Source: an uncultured Tateyamaria sp. (lineage in GTDB: Bacteria > Pseudomonadota > Alphaproteobacteria > Rhodobacterales > Rhodobacteraceae). From it: DNA of 64,000 bases. The stretch spans positions 50,739 through 114,738 of the forward strand of contig NZ_CANLVZ010000008.1 of the NCBI RefSeq assembly GCF_947494755.1, written 5' to 3'. This document shows positions 48,328 through 57,012 of this stretch, piece by piece. The notes beneath the pieces were generated by a model. That model ran no database searches. It was not told the DNA's origin and was given only the letters and a program-made list of their open reading frames with translations. A program made the position numbers and the translations under genes. The number at the start of each line of letters is the position of its first letter. The first letter of the stretch is position 1.

Positions 48328-48933
48328 ATGGGATCCAAGGTCGAAGAACGTCGCAGCGCCTTGCGCGATACGTTGATCAACGTTGCCGAAGCTCAGATCG
48401 AGGCAGACGGGCTGGCCGCGATCAAAGCGCGAGGCCTGGCCGAAGCGGCGGGGTGTTCGGTGGGGGCCATCTACAACGTCTTTGACGACCTCGAAGATAT
48501 CATAATCGCGGTGAACGGCCGCACATTCGGCAAGCTGGGCCAACATGTGGCAACCGCCTTGCAAGGCAAAGAGGAGTTGCCCGCGACGGACCGGTTGATC
48601 GAAATGTCTTATGCGTATCTGGATTATGCGGTGACCCATCCACGGCTATGGCGGGCCCTGTTTGATCTGCGCATGTCGACGGATATGGACGTGCCGGATT
48701 GGTACCTGGCCGAGTTGGGGCAGTTGTTCGACTACATCGATGGCCCCGTCCGCGAATGCTTTGCGACATTGGACGACAGCGAGGTGCGATTGATGACACG
48801 GGCGCTGTTTTCATCAATCCACGGGATCGTCATGCTTGGCCTTGAAAACCGGATCAGCGGCGTGCCGCGCGACCAGATCCACCGCATGATCGCAATGATG
48901 CTGCGTTCTGCAACTGGAAACACAGTGTTTTGA
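48328..48933 (+). CDS. TetR/AcrR family transcriptional regulator
   Basis: 201 aa from MGSKVEERRSALRD. HTH ARGLAEAAGCSVGAIYNVF. Confidence 0.85.
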   Translation: MGSKVEERRSALRDTLINVAEAQIEADGLAAIKARGLAEAAGCSVGAIYNVFDDLEDIIIAVNGRTFGKLGQHVATALQGKEELPATDRLIEMSYAYLDYAVTHPRLWRALFDLRMSTDMDVPDWYLAELGQLFDYIDGPVRECFATLDDSEVRLMTRALFSSIHGIVMLGLENRISGVPRDQIHRMIAMMLRSATGNTVF

Positions 48934-48943
48934 ACATTGTTCA
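48931..48943. promoter_or_regulatory. Operator-like dyad TGAAC-ATT-GTTCA
   Basis: Perfect dyad. Extends to TTGAACATTGTTCAA. Overlaps the tetR TGA stop. Confidence 0.6.
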
Positions 48944-48953
48944 ACTTTTTTCT

Positions 48954-48966
48954 TGAACGGCGTTCA
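48954..48966. promoter_or_regulatory. Operator-like dyad TGAAC-GGC-GTTCA
   Basis: Perfect dyad. Extends to CTTGAACGGCGTTCAAG. Confidence 0.6.
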
Positions 48967-48987
48967 AGTTTGTCCTATCTCATTTCG

Positions 48988-49000
48988 TGAACGATGTTCA
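48988..49000. promoter_or_regulatory. Operator-like dyad TGAAC-GAT-GTTCA
   Basis: Perfect dyad ending 15 nt upstream of the pspA ATG, next to the RBS. Confidence 0.6.
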
Positions 49001-49015
49001 TGAAAGGGAAACGCC

Positions 49016-49687
49016 ATGTTATCTACGTTCCGAACACTCTTTGCCGGGGCAAATGCCCGCGCCGAAGACCGTGTGCGCGATGTCTATGCCATCGAGCTTA
49101 TCGACCAGAAAATCCGTGAGACCGAAGGGCAGGTTCACGCCGCCAAAGCCACGCTTGCCAGCCTGATCCAACGGCGCAGATCAGAGCAAAAGCTGCTGGA
49201 TATGTTGCGCACCCGGATCGCGACGTTGACCGAGCGGGCACAAGCTGCCATCGCGGCCGGACGCGAGGAGCTTGCCCACGAGGCCGCCAGCGCCGTTGCG
49301 GAAATGGAAAACGAGAGCCTTGTCCGGCAGGGCACGATTGACAGGCTGGACACTCAAACCACCCGTTTGCGCAGTTCCGTTGAGCGTGGCCATCGCAAGG
49401 TCATCGACCTTAAGCAAGGGGCATTGCAGGCCCGCGCCATGCGCCGCGAACAATCCATGCAATCGCAACTGCACACCACGGTCCAAGGGCAGTCCGCAGC
49501 AGATGAAGCGCAGGAGTTGATTGACCGCGTCGTGGGCAAGGATGACCCGCTCGAGCAGTCCCAAATCCTTGCGGACATCAACGCAGGTCTGGATCACACC
49601 GGGCTTGAGGATCGCATGGCGGAGGCCGGCTTTGGCCCCTCGACCAAGGTGACAGCGCGCGACGTACTGGACCGTTTGACCAAGTAA
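49016..49687 (+). CDS. pspA: PspA/IM30 family protein
   Basis: 223-aa helical protein. The N-terminal amphipathic MLSTFRTLFAGANARAEDRV and the overall layout parallel PspA. Confidence 0.8.
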   Translation: MLSTFRTLFAGANARAEDRVRDVYAIELIDQKIRETEGQVHAAKATLASLIQRRRSEQKLLDMLRTRIATLTERAQAAIAAGREELAHEAASAVAEMENESLVRQGTIDRLDTQTTRLRSSVERGHRKVIDLKQGALQARAMRREQSMQSQLHTTVQGQSAADEAQELIDRVVGKDDPLEQSQILADINAGLDHTGLEDRMAEAGFGPSTKVTARDVLDRLTK

Positions 49688-49721
49688 CACGACTTCAAAA
49701 CCATCAAAGAGGAATACACCA

Positions 49722-50009
49722 ATGCACAACGATAAATCCGACAACACCACGATCATGATGTTCAATCTGGCAGGCGTTGTTGCCGCCTATGCGCTGCTTG
49801 CCCTGTCCTTGTACCTGTCCACCGACGTGCCGCTTTCGACCAAGGGGTTTTGGGGCATCGGCATCCTGATGCTGACGCTGAGTCTTGTGAACTTTGTCAA
49901 ATACCGCTTCGACAATCAGCAACGCATCGACCGGATCAACCGGATCGAAGAGGCCCGAAACGAAAAGCTGCTTGAAGACTACGTGGGCGAGGTCAAAGAC
50001 ATCGCCTGA
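49722..50009 (+). CDS. YiaA/YiaB-type two-helix inner membrane protein
   Basis: 95 aa, RBS AGAGGAA. The LSTKGFWGIGILMLTLSLVNFVKYRFD pattern resembles the YiaAB repeat. Confidence 0.6.
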   Translation: MHNDKSDNTTIMMFNLAGVVAAYALLALSLYLSTDVPLSTKGFWGIGILMLTLSLVNFVKYRFDNQQRIDRINRIEEARNEKLLEDYVGEVKDIA

Positions 50010-50017
50010 TGCAAAAC

Positions 50018-50050
50018 GGGCCGCCCTGTCATGGGGCGGCCCATCTTTTA
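50018..50050. terminator. Hairpin between the convergent yiaAB-like and creatinase-like genes
   Basis: GGGCCGCCC-tgtcatg-GGGCGGCCC followed by ATCTTTTA. Confidence 0.7.
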
Positions 50051-51256
50051 TGCCACGACGTTGTGGTCCGGCCCGTAAGGGAACCCGGTGATATTCTCGG
50101 CTCCGTCCTCGGTGATGACCAGAATGTCGTGTTCGCGGTATCCACCCGCACCCGGTTGCCCTTCGGGGATTGTCAGCATCGGCTCCATCGAAATGACCAT
50201 GCCCGGCTCCAGCACGGTATCCACGTCCTCACGCAGTTCCAGCCCGGCCTCGCGCCCATAGAAATGCGACAATACCCCGAACGAGTGCCCATATCCGAAG
50301 GTGCGGTATTGCAGCAGATCGCGGCCTTCGAAAAACGCATTCACGCCCGCCGTCACCTCAGCGCAGGTCGCGCCGGGTTTCAGCAGCGACATGCCCAATT
50401 CATGCGCGCCGACATTGGCCTCCCACAGTTTCAGGCTGGCGTCGTCCACCGTTTCGACAAACAGCGTGCGTTCAAGTGCGGTGTAGTAAGCCGAGATCAT
50501 CGGGAAGGTGTTGAGCGACAGGATATCGCCCCGCTCGAGCGCCCGCGCCGTGACCGGGTTGTGCGCCCCATCCGTGTTCAGCCCCGACTGGAACCACACC
50601 CATGTGTCGCGATATTCCGCATCGGGAAAGCGTGCCGCAATCTCAAGCTCCATCGCATCACGCCCCGCCATGGCCACATCAATCTCACGGGTGCCGACCT
50701 TGATGGCGTCACGGATGGCATAACCACCCACATCTGCCACCTGCGCGCCTTGCCGGATCAACGCGATCTCGGCCTCGGATTTGTGCATCCGCTGGTTCAT
50801 TGTCGTCTCAAAAAGGTCGACGGAGGCGACAGGTTTCAGGAAATCCTCCATCTTGGCCTGCTGCATGAGGGTCAGATGGTCGGATTCGACGCCGATCACG
50901 GCCCCTTCACCCGTCACCTCACGCACCGCGCGCCAGAAGTTGTCGCGCTGCCAATCGGTGTAGGTGATGTTATCGCCATAACAGCGCCGCCAGGGCTGGC
51001 CCGCATCAATGCCTGCACTGATGGTCACGCCTGCGTCTTCGGTTACGACCAAGCCATAGGGGCGACCAAAGGCACAATAGAGAAAGCCCGAATAGTAAGC
51101 GATGTTGTGCATCGAGGTGAACACGGCGGCAGTGGCCCCTGACGCCTCCATCCGGTCGCGCAGCTCGGACAGGCGGGCCTCGTATTCGGCATTCTCAAAA
51201 GGCAAAACGCCTTGGGGGCCATTATGAAAGCGGTAAAAATCGGGGCGAGCGGTCAT
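50048..51256 (-). CDS. Creatinase-like M24 family hydrolase
   Basis: 402 aa. FTSMHNIAYYSGFLYCAFGRPYGLVVTED, GQPWRR and YTDWQRDNFW closely parallel creatinase as I remember it. Confidence 0.75.
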   Translation of the reverse strand: MTARPDFYRFHNGPQGVLPFENAEYEARLSELRDRMEASGATAAVFTSMHNIAYYSGFLYCAFGRPYGLVVTEDAGVTISAGIDAGQPWRRCYGDNITYTDWQRDNFWRAVREVTGEGAVIGVESDHLTLMQQAKMEDFLKPVASVDLFETTMNQRMHKSEAEIALIRQGAQVADVGGYAIRDAIKVGTREIDVAMAGRDAMELEIAARFPDAEYRDTWVWFQSGLNTDGAHNPVTARALERGDILSLNTFPMISAYYTALERTLFVETVDDASLKLWEANVGAHELGMSLLKPGATCAEVTAGVNAFFEGRDLLQYRTFGYGHSFGVLSHFYGREAGLELREDVDTVLEPGMVISMEPMLTIPEGQPGAGGYREHDILVITEDGAENITGFPYGPDHNVVA

Positions 51257-51356
51257 GGATGACCCTCCTTTTCAGAAAGGTCCCGGCGTCCAGGACGGAA
51301 CGGCATATGTGCGCGGGCGACGCCATCGTCCGCAGCCTGTCGCAGGCTTTGACGAT

Positions 51357-52148
51357 TTAGGCCCCGTTCGTCAAGCGGGCGATGAGGTCACTGTGTGGGT
51401 CGGCCAAGGCGTCTATCACGTTGAAATGGTGTTCACCCGGCGTCACAACGTGATCGCAGCCCCACGCCTCTGCCAGCAGTTGAGCCTGTTCCAGAAAGGC
51501 GGGCCGTTCCTCGCCGCCAACCCAGACCGTGACCGGCACCGCGGGCTTGGGCTGATGCGCCGGGCTTTCGGCGCGCGCCATGCCGGTATCCATCCCGAAA
51601 TCGGCGTTCATGCTGGTGCGCAACAACGGTTCCAGATTCGCCACGGGCGAGATCGGCACCACATGCGTCAACCGGGCGCGTACGACCTCCGGCAACATCC
51701 CCGGCGCAAGCATCCGCGACACCAGATGGCCACCCGCAGAATGGCCCGCGAGGCTGATCGGCCCCGTGCTGCCGCCTGCCACTTCGATCACCGCTTGGGC
51801 AATCTGTTGAGTGATCCCTGCGATCCGCACGCTTGGGCACAAATCATAGGACGGCATCGCAACCGCCCATCCCCTCGCCAAGGCACCTGCCGCCAGATGC
51901 GACCAATAGGATCGGTCAAATTTCAGCCAATAGCCCCCGTGCACAAAGATCAGCGTGCCTTGCTCGACCCCTTCGGGACGAAACATATCCAGCGCCATCC
52001 GCTCGGACGGGCCGTAAGACAAGCCCAGACGCGCGCGCGCACCCAGACCGATCCGAAACGCCTCTGCAGTCTGCGCCCATCGGGGCACATAGTCGGCCGC
52101 CCCATCGATATAGGCCCCGTTCGCATAGGCGTCGTCCATGTCCGTCAC
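51357..52148 (-). CDS. Alpha/beta hydrolase (esterase/formamidase-like)
   Basis: 263 aa. Oxyanion HGGYW and nucleophile elbow GHSAGG. Confidence 0.7.
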   Translation of the reverse strand: MTDMDDAYANGAYIDGAADYVPRWAQTAEAFRIGLGARARLGLSYGPSERMALDMFRPEGVEQGTLIFVHGGYWLKFDRSYWSHLAAGALARGWAVAMPSYDLCPSVRIAGITQQIAQAVIEVAGGSTGPISLAGHSAGGHLVSRMLAPGMLPEVVRARLTHVVPISPVANLEPLLRTSMNADFGMDTGMARAESPAHQPKPAVPVTVWVGGEERPAFLEQAQLLAEAWGCDHVVTPGEHHFNVIDALADPHSDLIARLTNGA

Positions 52149-52228
52149 TGCGCTGTCCTCCTTTGGAACTGGACAATGCTAGCCCGGGTTGGTTCACATG
52201 CACCAGCCCCGGAACAGGAGATCACCGC

Positions 52229-53704
52229 ATGCTCGACCAATCGACTGACCTCAAATCGCTGCTCAAGGACCCTTCGCTGCTGGAAACGCGTGCCTATGTG
52301 AACGGCACATGGATCGAAGGGGATGACGGCACATTCGACGTCACCAACCCCGCCCGTGGCGACGTGATCGCGCAGGTCACCGACCTCAGCCGCGCGCAGG
52401 TCGCCGACGCCATCGCCGCCGCCGAGACCGCGCAAAAGGAGTGGGCGAAGTGGACCGGCAAGGAACGCGCGGGCGTGCTGCGCAAATGGTTCGATCTGAT
52501 GATGGAAAATCAGGATGATCTGGGCACGATCCTGACAGCCGAACAAGGCAAACCGCTGGCCGAAGCCAAAGGCGAGGTCGCCTACGGGGCGGGTTTCATA
52601 GAATTCTTTGCCGAAGAGGCCAAGCGCATCTATGGCGAGACGATCCCCGGCCACCAGCGCGATAAGCGTATCATGGTGATCAAACAGCCCATCGGTGTTG
52701 CGGCCTCCATCACCCCATGGAATTTTCCCAACGCGATGATCACCCGAAAGGCCGGGCCAGCCCTGGCTGCCGGTTGCGCGTTTGTCGCCCGGCCTGCCGC
52801 TGAAACGCCATTGTCGGCCATCGTTATGGCCGTACTGGCCGAACGCGCAGGCATCCCGGCGGGCGTGTTCAACGTGGTTACGTCCTCCTCATCCTCGGAG
52901 GTGGGCAAGGAGTTCTGCGAAAACCCCGCCGTGCGCAAGCTGACCTTCACCGGCTCGACCGAAGTCGGGCGCATCCTGCTCAAACAGGCCGCCGATCAGG
53001 TCATGAAATGCTCGATGGAGTTGGGCGGCAACGCACCCTTCATCGTGTTCGACGACGCCGATCTGGACGCCGCAGTCGAAGGCGCAATCCTGTGTAAGTT
53101 CCGCAACAACGGGCAAACCTGCGTCTGCGCCAACCGGATTTACGTGCAGGCGGGCGTCTATGATACCTTCGCCGACAAGCTCAAAGACCGTGTGGCCAAG
53201 ATGAAGGTGGGCGACGGACTTGAGGACGGCACCGACCTCGGGCCACTGATCAACCCAGAAGCCTCCGACAAGGTGATCGAGCATATCAAAGACGCCAAGG
53301 ACAAGGGCGGCAAAGTGATCTTGGGTGATGCGCAGGACGACATGGATAGCAACTTCTTTGCGCCCACCATCATCACCGGCGTGACCCAAGACATGGCCGT
53401 GGCGCAAGAAGAAACCTTTGGCCCTCTGGCGCCGCTGTTCAGGTTCGAGGATGAAGACGATGTGATCGCGATGGCGAACGACACGATCTTCGGCCTCGCC
53501 TCCTATTTCTATGCCAAGGATCTCAGCCGCGTCTATAAGGTCGCCGAAGCGTTGGAATACGGGATCGTCGGGGTCAACACCGGCATCATCTCGACAGAGG
53601 TGGCCCCTTTTGGCGGGGTCAAACAGTCCGGCCTGGGCCGCGAAGGATCGCATCACGGGATCGAGGATTTCATGGAGATGAAATACATCTGCATGAGCAT
53701 CTGA
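52229..53704 (+). CDS. gabD: NAD(P)-dependent succinate-semialdehyde dehydrogenase
   Basis: Start trimmed to MLDQSTDLKSLL (ATG at 52229). ALDH motifs ELGGNAP and the catalytic Cys in GQTCVCANR. Confidence 0.9.
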   Translation: MLDQSTDLKSLLKDPSLLETRAYVNGTWIEGDDGTFDVTNPARGDVIAQVTDLSRAQVADAIAAAETAQKEWAKWTGKERAGVLRKWFDLMMENQDDLGTILTAEQGKPLAEAKGEVAYGAGFIEFFAEEAKRIYGETIPGHQRDKRIMVIKQPIGVAASITPWNFPNAMITRKAGPALAAGCAFVARPAAETPLSAIVMAVLAERAGIPAGVFNVVTSSSSSEVGKEFCENPAVRKLTFTGSTEVGRILLKQAADQVMKCSMELGGNAPFIVFDDADLDAAVEGAILCKFRNNGQTCVCANRIYVQAGVYDTFADKLKDRVAKMKVGDGLEDGTDLGPLINPEASDKVIEHIKDAKDKGGKVILGDAQDDMDSNFFAPTIITGVTQDMAVAQEETFGPLAPLFRFEDEDDVIAMANDTIFGLASYFYAKDLSRVYKVAEALEYGIVGVNTGIISTEVAPFGGVKQSGLGREGSHHGIEDFMEMKYICMSI

Positions 53705-54504
53705 TGGAGATCATGTGCCTCAATGGGTGGGGTGGCAAACTGCATGGCGACTTGCTGCCCTATCTATCTCAAGAGAGGCCCGAGATCCTGTGCCTGCAAG
53801 AGGTCGTGCACAGCCCCGACAGCGATCAAGACTGGCTCACCTATCGCGATGGCGATCATGTATTGGCCCAGCGCGCGAACTTCTTCGCCGATGTCTGCGC
53901 CGCATTGCCCGATCACATCGCCACCTTCTGCCCGGCGGCGCGCGGCGTGCTTTGGGACGGCGACACGTCAGTGCCGTCTTACTGGGGGCTTGCGACCTTT
54001 GTGCATCGCGCCCTGCCCATCATCGGGCAGGTGCAGGGGTTCGTCCACAAAAGCTATGGGCCGGACGGGTACGGTGATCATCCCCGCTCGCGCAGTGCGC
54101 ATGGTGTGCGGGTGTTCGACCATGGCGCAAGCCGCGCGATCAGCATCACGCATATGCACGGATTGCGCGATCTGGCCGGCAAGATGGACACGGCAGCGCG
54201 CGCAACACAGGCCCACAAACTTGCCGCGCTCTCGGCACAACTCAGCGAAGCGGGCGACCTGCGCATCATCTGCGGTGACTTCAACGTCGAACCGGACAGC
54301 GAGACCTTGCAGATACTTGGCGATGCCGGGCTGAGCGATCTCATCACAACGCGCGGCTTCACCAGCACGCGCACGGCGCACTACACCAAGCCGGGCAAAT
54401 TCGCCGACTACATGCTGATCAGCAACGCCACCGCCGTGCGCGACTTCCACGTTGTGCAGGCTCCGGTCGTGTCCGACCACTGCCCCCTTACCCTTACGCT
54501 CTGA
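53704..54504 (+). CDS. Endonuclease/exonuclease/phosphatase (EEP) family protein
   Basis: 266 aa, 1-nt overlap with the gabD stop. LCLQEV near the N-terminus and SDHCPL near the C-terminus. Confidence 0.7.
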   Translation: MEIMCLNGWGGKLHGDLLPYLSQERPEILCLQEVVHSPDSDQDWLTYRDGDHVLAQRANFFADVCAALPDHIATFCPAARGVLWDGDTSVPSYWGLATFVHRALPIIGQVQGFVHKSYGPDGYGDHPRSRSAHGVRVFDHGASRAISITHMHGLRDLAGKMDTAARATQAHKLAALSAQLSEAGDLRIICGDFNVEPDSETLQILGDAGLSDLITTRGFTSTRTAHYTKPGKFADYMLISNATAVRDFHVVQAPVVSDHCPLTLTL

Positions 54505-54523
54505 CAGCCCGAGGAACCTGCCG

Positions 54524-55492
54524 ATGTTCACCGCCCACGACCTCGAAGATGCCGCAGCCTTTGTCCACGCACGCATGGCCCCCACCGCGCAGCATCATTG
54601 GCCTCTGCTGAGCGCAGCCACCGGCGCGCGGGTCTGGGTCAAACACGAAAACCACACACCGACCGGGGCCTTCAAGGTCCGCGGCGCGCTTACCTTCATC
54701 GACTGGCTGACGCGCACCCACCCGGGTGTGACGGGCATCTGCACCGCCACACGCGGCAACCACGGGCAAGGTCAGGCATGGGCGGCAACCAACGCCGGTC
54801 TGACGGCCAAGGTCTATGTGCCGCGCGGCAACTCCGTGGAAAAGAACGCGGCCATGCGCGCTTTCGGAGCCAAGCTGATCGAACATGGCGATGACTTCGA
54901 CACCGCACGGCTCGAAGCCTTGCGCGTGGCCGAAGCCGAAGGGCTGTTCGTCGTGCCCGCCTTTCATCCCGAACTGGTGCGGGGCGTCGCAACCTATGCC
55001 TACGAGCTTTTCAGCGCGCAACCCGACCTGCACACGGTCTATGTGCCCATCGGCTGCGGGTCGGGCATTTGTGGGACGATCATCGCGCGGGACGCTCTGG
55101 GGCTCGACACCAAAATCGTCGGCGTGGTGTCGGACCGGGCGCAAACGGCGAAACTGTCGGTCGAGGCAGGCCGCCTGATCGAAACCAACGCAGCGGACAC
55201 ATTCGCCGACGGCATGGCCGTCCGGGTGCCGGTGCAAGCCGCCCTAGACATCTACGGACCCGGTGCAGAACGGATCATCACCGTGACGGACGACGAAGTT
55301 GCCGAGGCGATCCGGCTCTACTTCACCGCAACACACAACGTCGCCGAAGGGGCAGGTGCCGCGCCACTTGCCGGGCTGATGCAAGAGCGAACAAAGATGC
55401 AGGGAAAAAAGGTCGGCGTGATCCTGTGCGGCGGCAATATCGACACCGGATGGTTCAAATCCGTGCTGGCAGGCGAGACGCCGACCGTCTGA
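54524..55492 (+). CDS. PLP-dependent threonine/serine dehydratase-like enzyme
   Basis: Start trimmed to MFTAHDLEDAAAF. PLP-lysine motif PTGAFKVRGA. Confidence 0.8.
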   Translation: MFTAHDLEDAAAFVHARMAPTAQHHWPLLSAATGARVWVKHENHTPTGAFKVRGALTFIDWLTRTHPGVTGICTATRGNHGQGQAWAATNAGLTAKVYVPRGNSVEKNAAMRAFGAKLIEHGDDFDTARLEALRVAEAEGLFVVPAFHPELVRGVATYAYELFSAQPDLHTVYVPIGCGSGICGTIIARDALGLDTKIVGVVSDRAQTAKLSVEAGRLIETNAADTFADGMAVRVPVQAALDIYGPGAERIITVTDDEVAEAIRLYFTATHNVAEGAGAAPLAGLMQERTKMQGKKVGVILCGGNIDTGWFKSVLAGETPTV

Positions 55493-55505
55493 GCCCCTTC
55501 AGCAC

Positions 55506-55565
55506 TTCCTTTCGCAAAAAATACCTTGGGGGAGTCCGTCAGGACGGGGGCAAAGCCCCCTGAAC
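55506..55565. repeat. About 60-nt structured intergenic repeat, family 2
   Basis: TTCCTTTCGCAAAAAATACCTTGGGGGAGTCCGTCAGGACGGGGGCAAAGCCCCCTGAAC. A second copy is at 63014-63073. Confidence 0.75.
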
Positions 55566-55610
55566 GTGAAGCGGCCCGGGGTGCGCCAGCACTCCGGGCC
55601 TCCGTTTGGT

Positions 55611-56075
55611 TTAGTTCACGGCCTTGGCGTCAACCACATCCGTCTCGATGGCCTTCTGGCTCGAAATCTGGATCTGACGGGGCTTCAGCGCTTCAGGCAC
55701 TTCCTTGACCAGATCGATGTGCAGCATGCCGTCCGCATGGGACGCGCCGGTGACGACCACGTGATCGGCCAGATGGAACTTGCGATCAAAGGCGCGGGTC
55801 GCGATGCCACGGTGCAGGTAGGTGCGACCCTCATCCTCGACCTTCTTCGCCGATACGATCAGGCTCTTTTCCTTGACCTCAACACTCAGGTCGGCTTCCG
55901 AAAAACCCGCCACGGCAATCGAAATGCGATAGGCATCCTCATCGGTCTTTTCGATATTGTAGGGGGGGTAGCTGTTGGCGCTCGCCTCGGTCGCAGTGAC
56001 CCGGTCCATCAGATCGGCGATCTGATCAAATCCGACAGTTGCGCGGTAAAGCGGTGCAAAATCATATGTACGCAT
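55611..56075 (-). CDS. ibpA: Small heat-shock protein (Hsp20/alpha-crystallin)
   Basis: 154 aa. PPYNIEK...YRISIAVAGF... is typical of IbpA-like sHSPs. Confidence 0.9.
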   Translation of the reverse strand: MRTYDFAPLYRATVGFDQIADLMDRVTATEASANSYPPYNIEKTDEDAYRISIAVAGFSEADLSVEVKEKSLIVSAKKVEDEGRTYLHRGIATRAFDRKFHLADHVVVTGASHADGMLHIDLVKEVPEALKPRQIQISSQKAIETDVVDAKAVN

Positions 56076-56165
56076 GTCTTATCCTCATTTGAGCGATGAC
56101 AGGGCCCCTTCCAGTCGGACAGGCAGCCCAGGGTTGCTAGGTACCGGACCCCGTTTGGGCATCCG
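56076..56165 (-). promoter_or_regulatory. ROSE-like RNA thermometer candidate in the hsp20 5' UTR
   Basis: The last hairpin (plus-strand 56081-56097) reads AUC[G]CUC-AAAU-GAGGAU on the mRNA. A UCGCU motif pairs with the SD with one bulged G, and AUG follows 5 nt later. Confidence 0.45.
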
Positions 56166-56172
56166 ATGCACA

Positions 56173-56202
56173 TGATGTGGGAAGGATTTTCAGCCGTTCA
56201 AG
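56173..56202 (-). promoter_or_regulatory. Sigma32 (RpoH)-type heat-shock promoter for the hsp20 gene
   Basis: The minus strand reads CTTGAA-N16-CCACATCA, against the E. coli-type consensus CTTGAA-N13-17-CCCCATNT. Lies about 100 nt upstream of the ATG. Confidence 0.55.
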
Positions 56203-56208
56203 ACCCTT

Positions 56209-57012
56209 CTAGGGTCTAACGAACTTGGCCCCGATATTGCTGCGCGCGCCCCCGCCAACGGTGATCCGGCGGATCTTGGCGGTCGGGGGCGCGATGGACA
56301 TGCCAAGCTGGGATTTCAGCTCGGTGACCCGGTCGGGCAACACCATGCCAATCGAGCGTTTCTGACCCTTGTGGTCGAACATACCGGACACGACCGCGAT
56401 GATCCGACCGCGCCCGTTGAGGTGCGAAAACACCGGGCTGCCGGACGAGCCGTAGGTCACATCACAATCAAACACCATCGCATCGCCATAGCGTTCGAGC
56501 ATCTGGCATTCCTTTTGGCGCGACTGCGCGTTTGCGCGGCCCCGGCCATAGGACACGATGCTCACAGGGCCCGGTGCGATCCGGTCGTTGTGGACGTAGA
56601 ACGGTGGCACCTCGAATGTCGAAATCGGCTCTGCCAAGCGGATCAGCGCCACGTCATAGGCGACGTTGGTGTCGGTCAACGGGCCGGTGGGGTCAAACTT
56701 CACATGCGCCGCAGCGGCCGAGGCGCGGCGCACAGCCGCCGCCTCTCCGTTACGCAATCCGGCGCTGAAGCGGATGTCCTGTGCTTCCCACACCTCAGCG
56801 CTGCCCGCGCGGTAAAGACAATGCGCCGCCGTCAGCACAAGGTCGGGCGCAATCAAAGTGCCCGAACAAAACGCGCCACGGCCAAAATCAAGGCGGCCCA
56901 CGGCCTTCCAACTGGCCGCTGCATAATCGGTATCCAACGTGCGCAGGTCCGTCGTTTGGGCTGTCGCACCCGTGCTCAGGGCCATGCAAAGGATCACAAG
57001 AAACCGGATCAT
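56209..57012 (-). CDS. Secreted trypsin-like (S1) serine protease, paralog 1
   Basis: Start trimmed to MIRFLVILCMALSTGATAQ (signal peptide). TAAHC and GSSGSP catalytic motifs. Confidence 0.75.
   Translation of the reverse strand: MIRFLVILCMALSTGATAQTTDLRTLDTDYAAASWKAVGRLDFGRGAFCSGTLIAPDLVLTAAHCLYRAGSAEVWEAQDIRFSAGLRNGEAAAVRRASAAAAHVKFDPTGPLTDTNVAYDVALIRLAEPISTFEVPPFYVHNDRIAPGPVSIVSYGRGRANAQSRQKECQMLERYGDAMVFDCDVTYGSSGSPVFSHLNGRGRIIAVVSGMFDHKGQKRSIGMVLPDRVTELKSQLGMSIAPPTAKIRRITVGGGARSNIGAKFVRP

Noticed and set aside
48142-48639. Upstream extension of the coiled-coil ORF (524-aa version), and the 489-aa plus-strand ORF fused to tetR.
   Set aside because: The extensions run antisense through tetR or the coiled-coil gene. 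Internal ATGs with good RBSs (48141 and 48328) give products with coherent domain structure.
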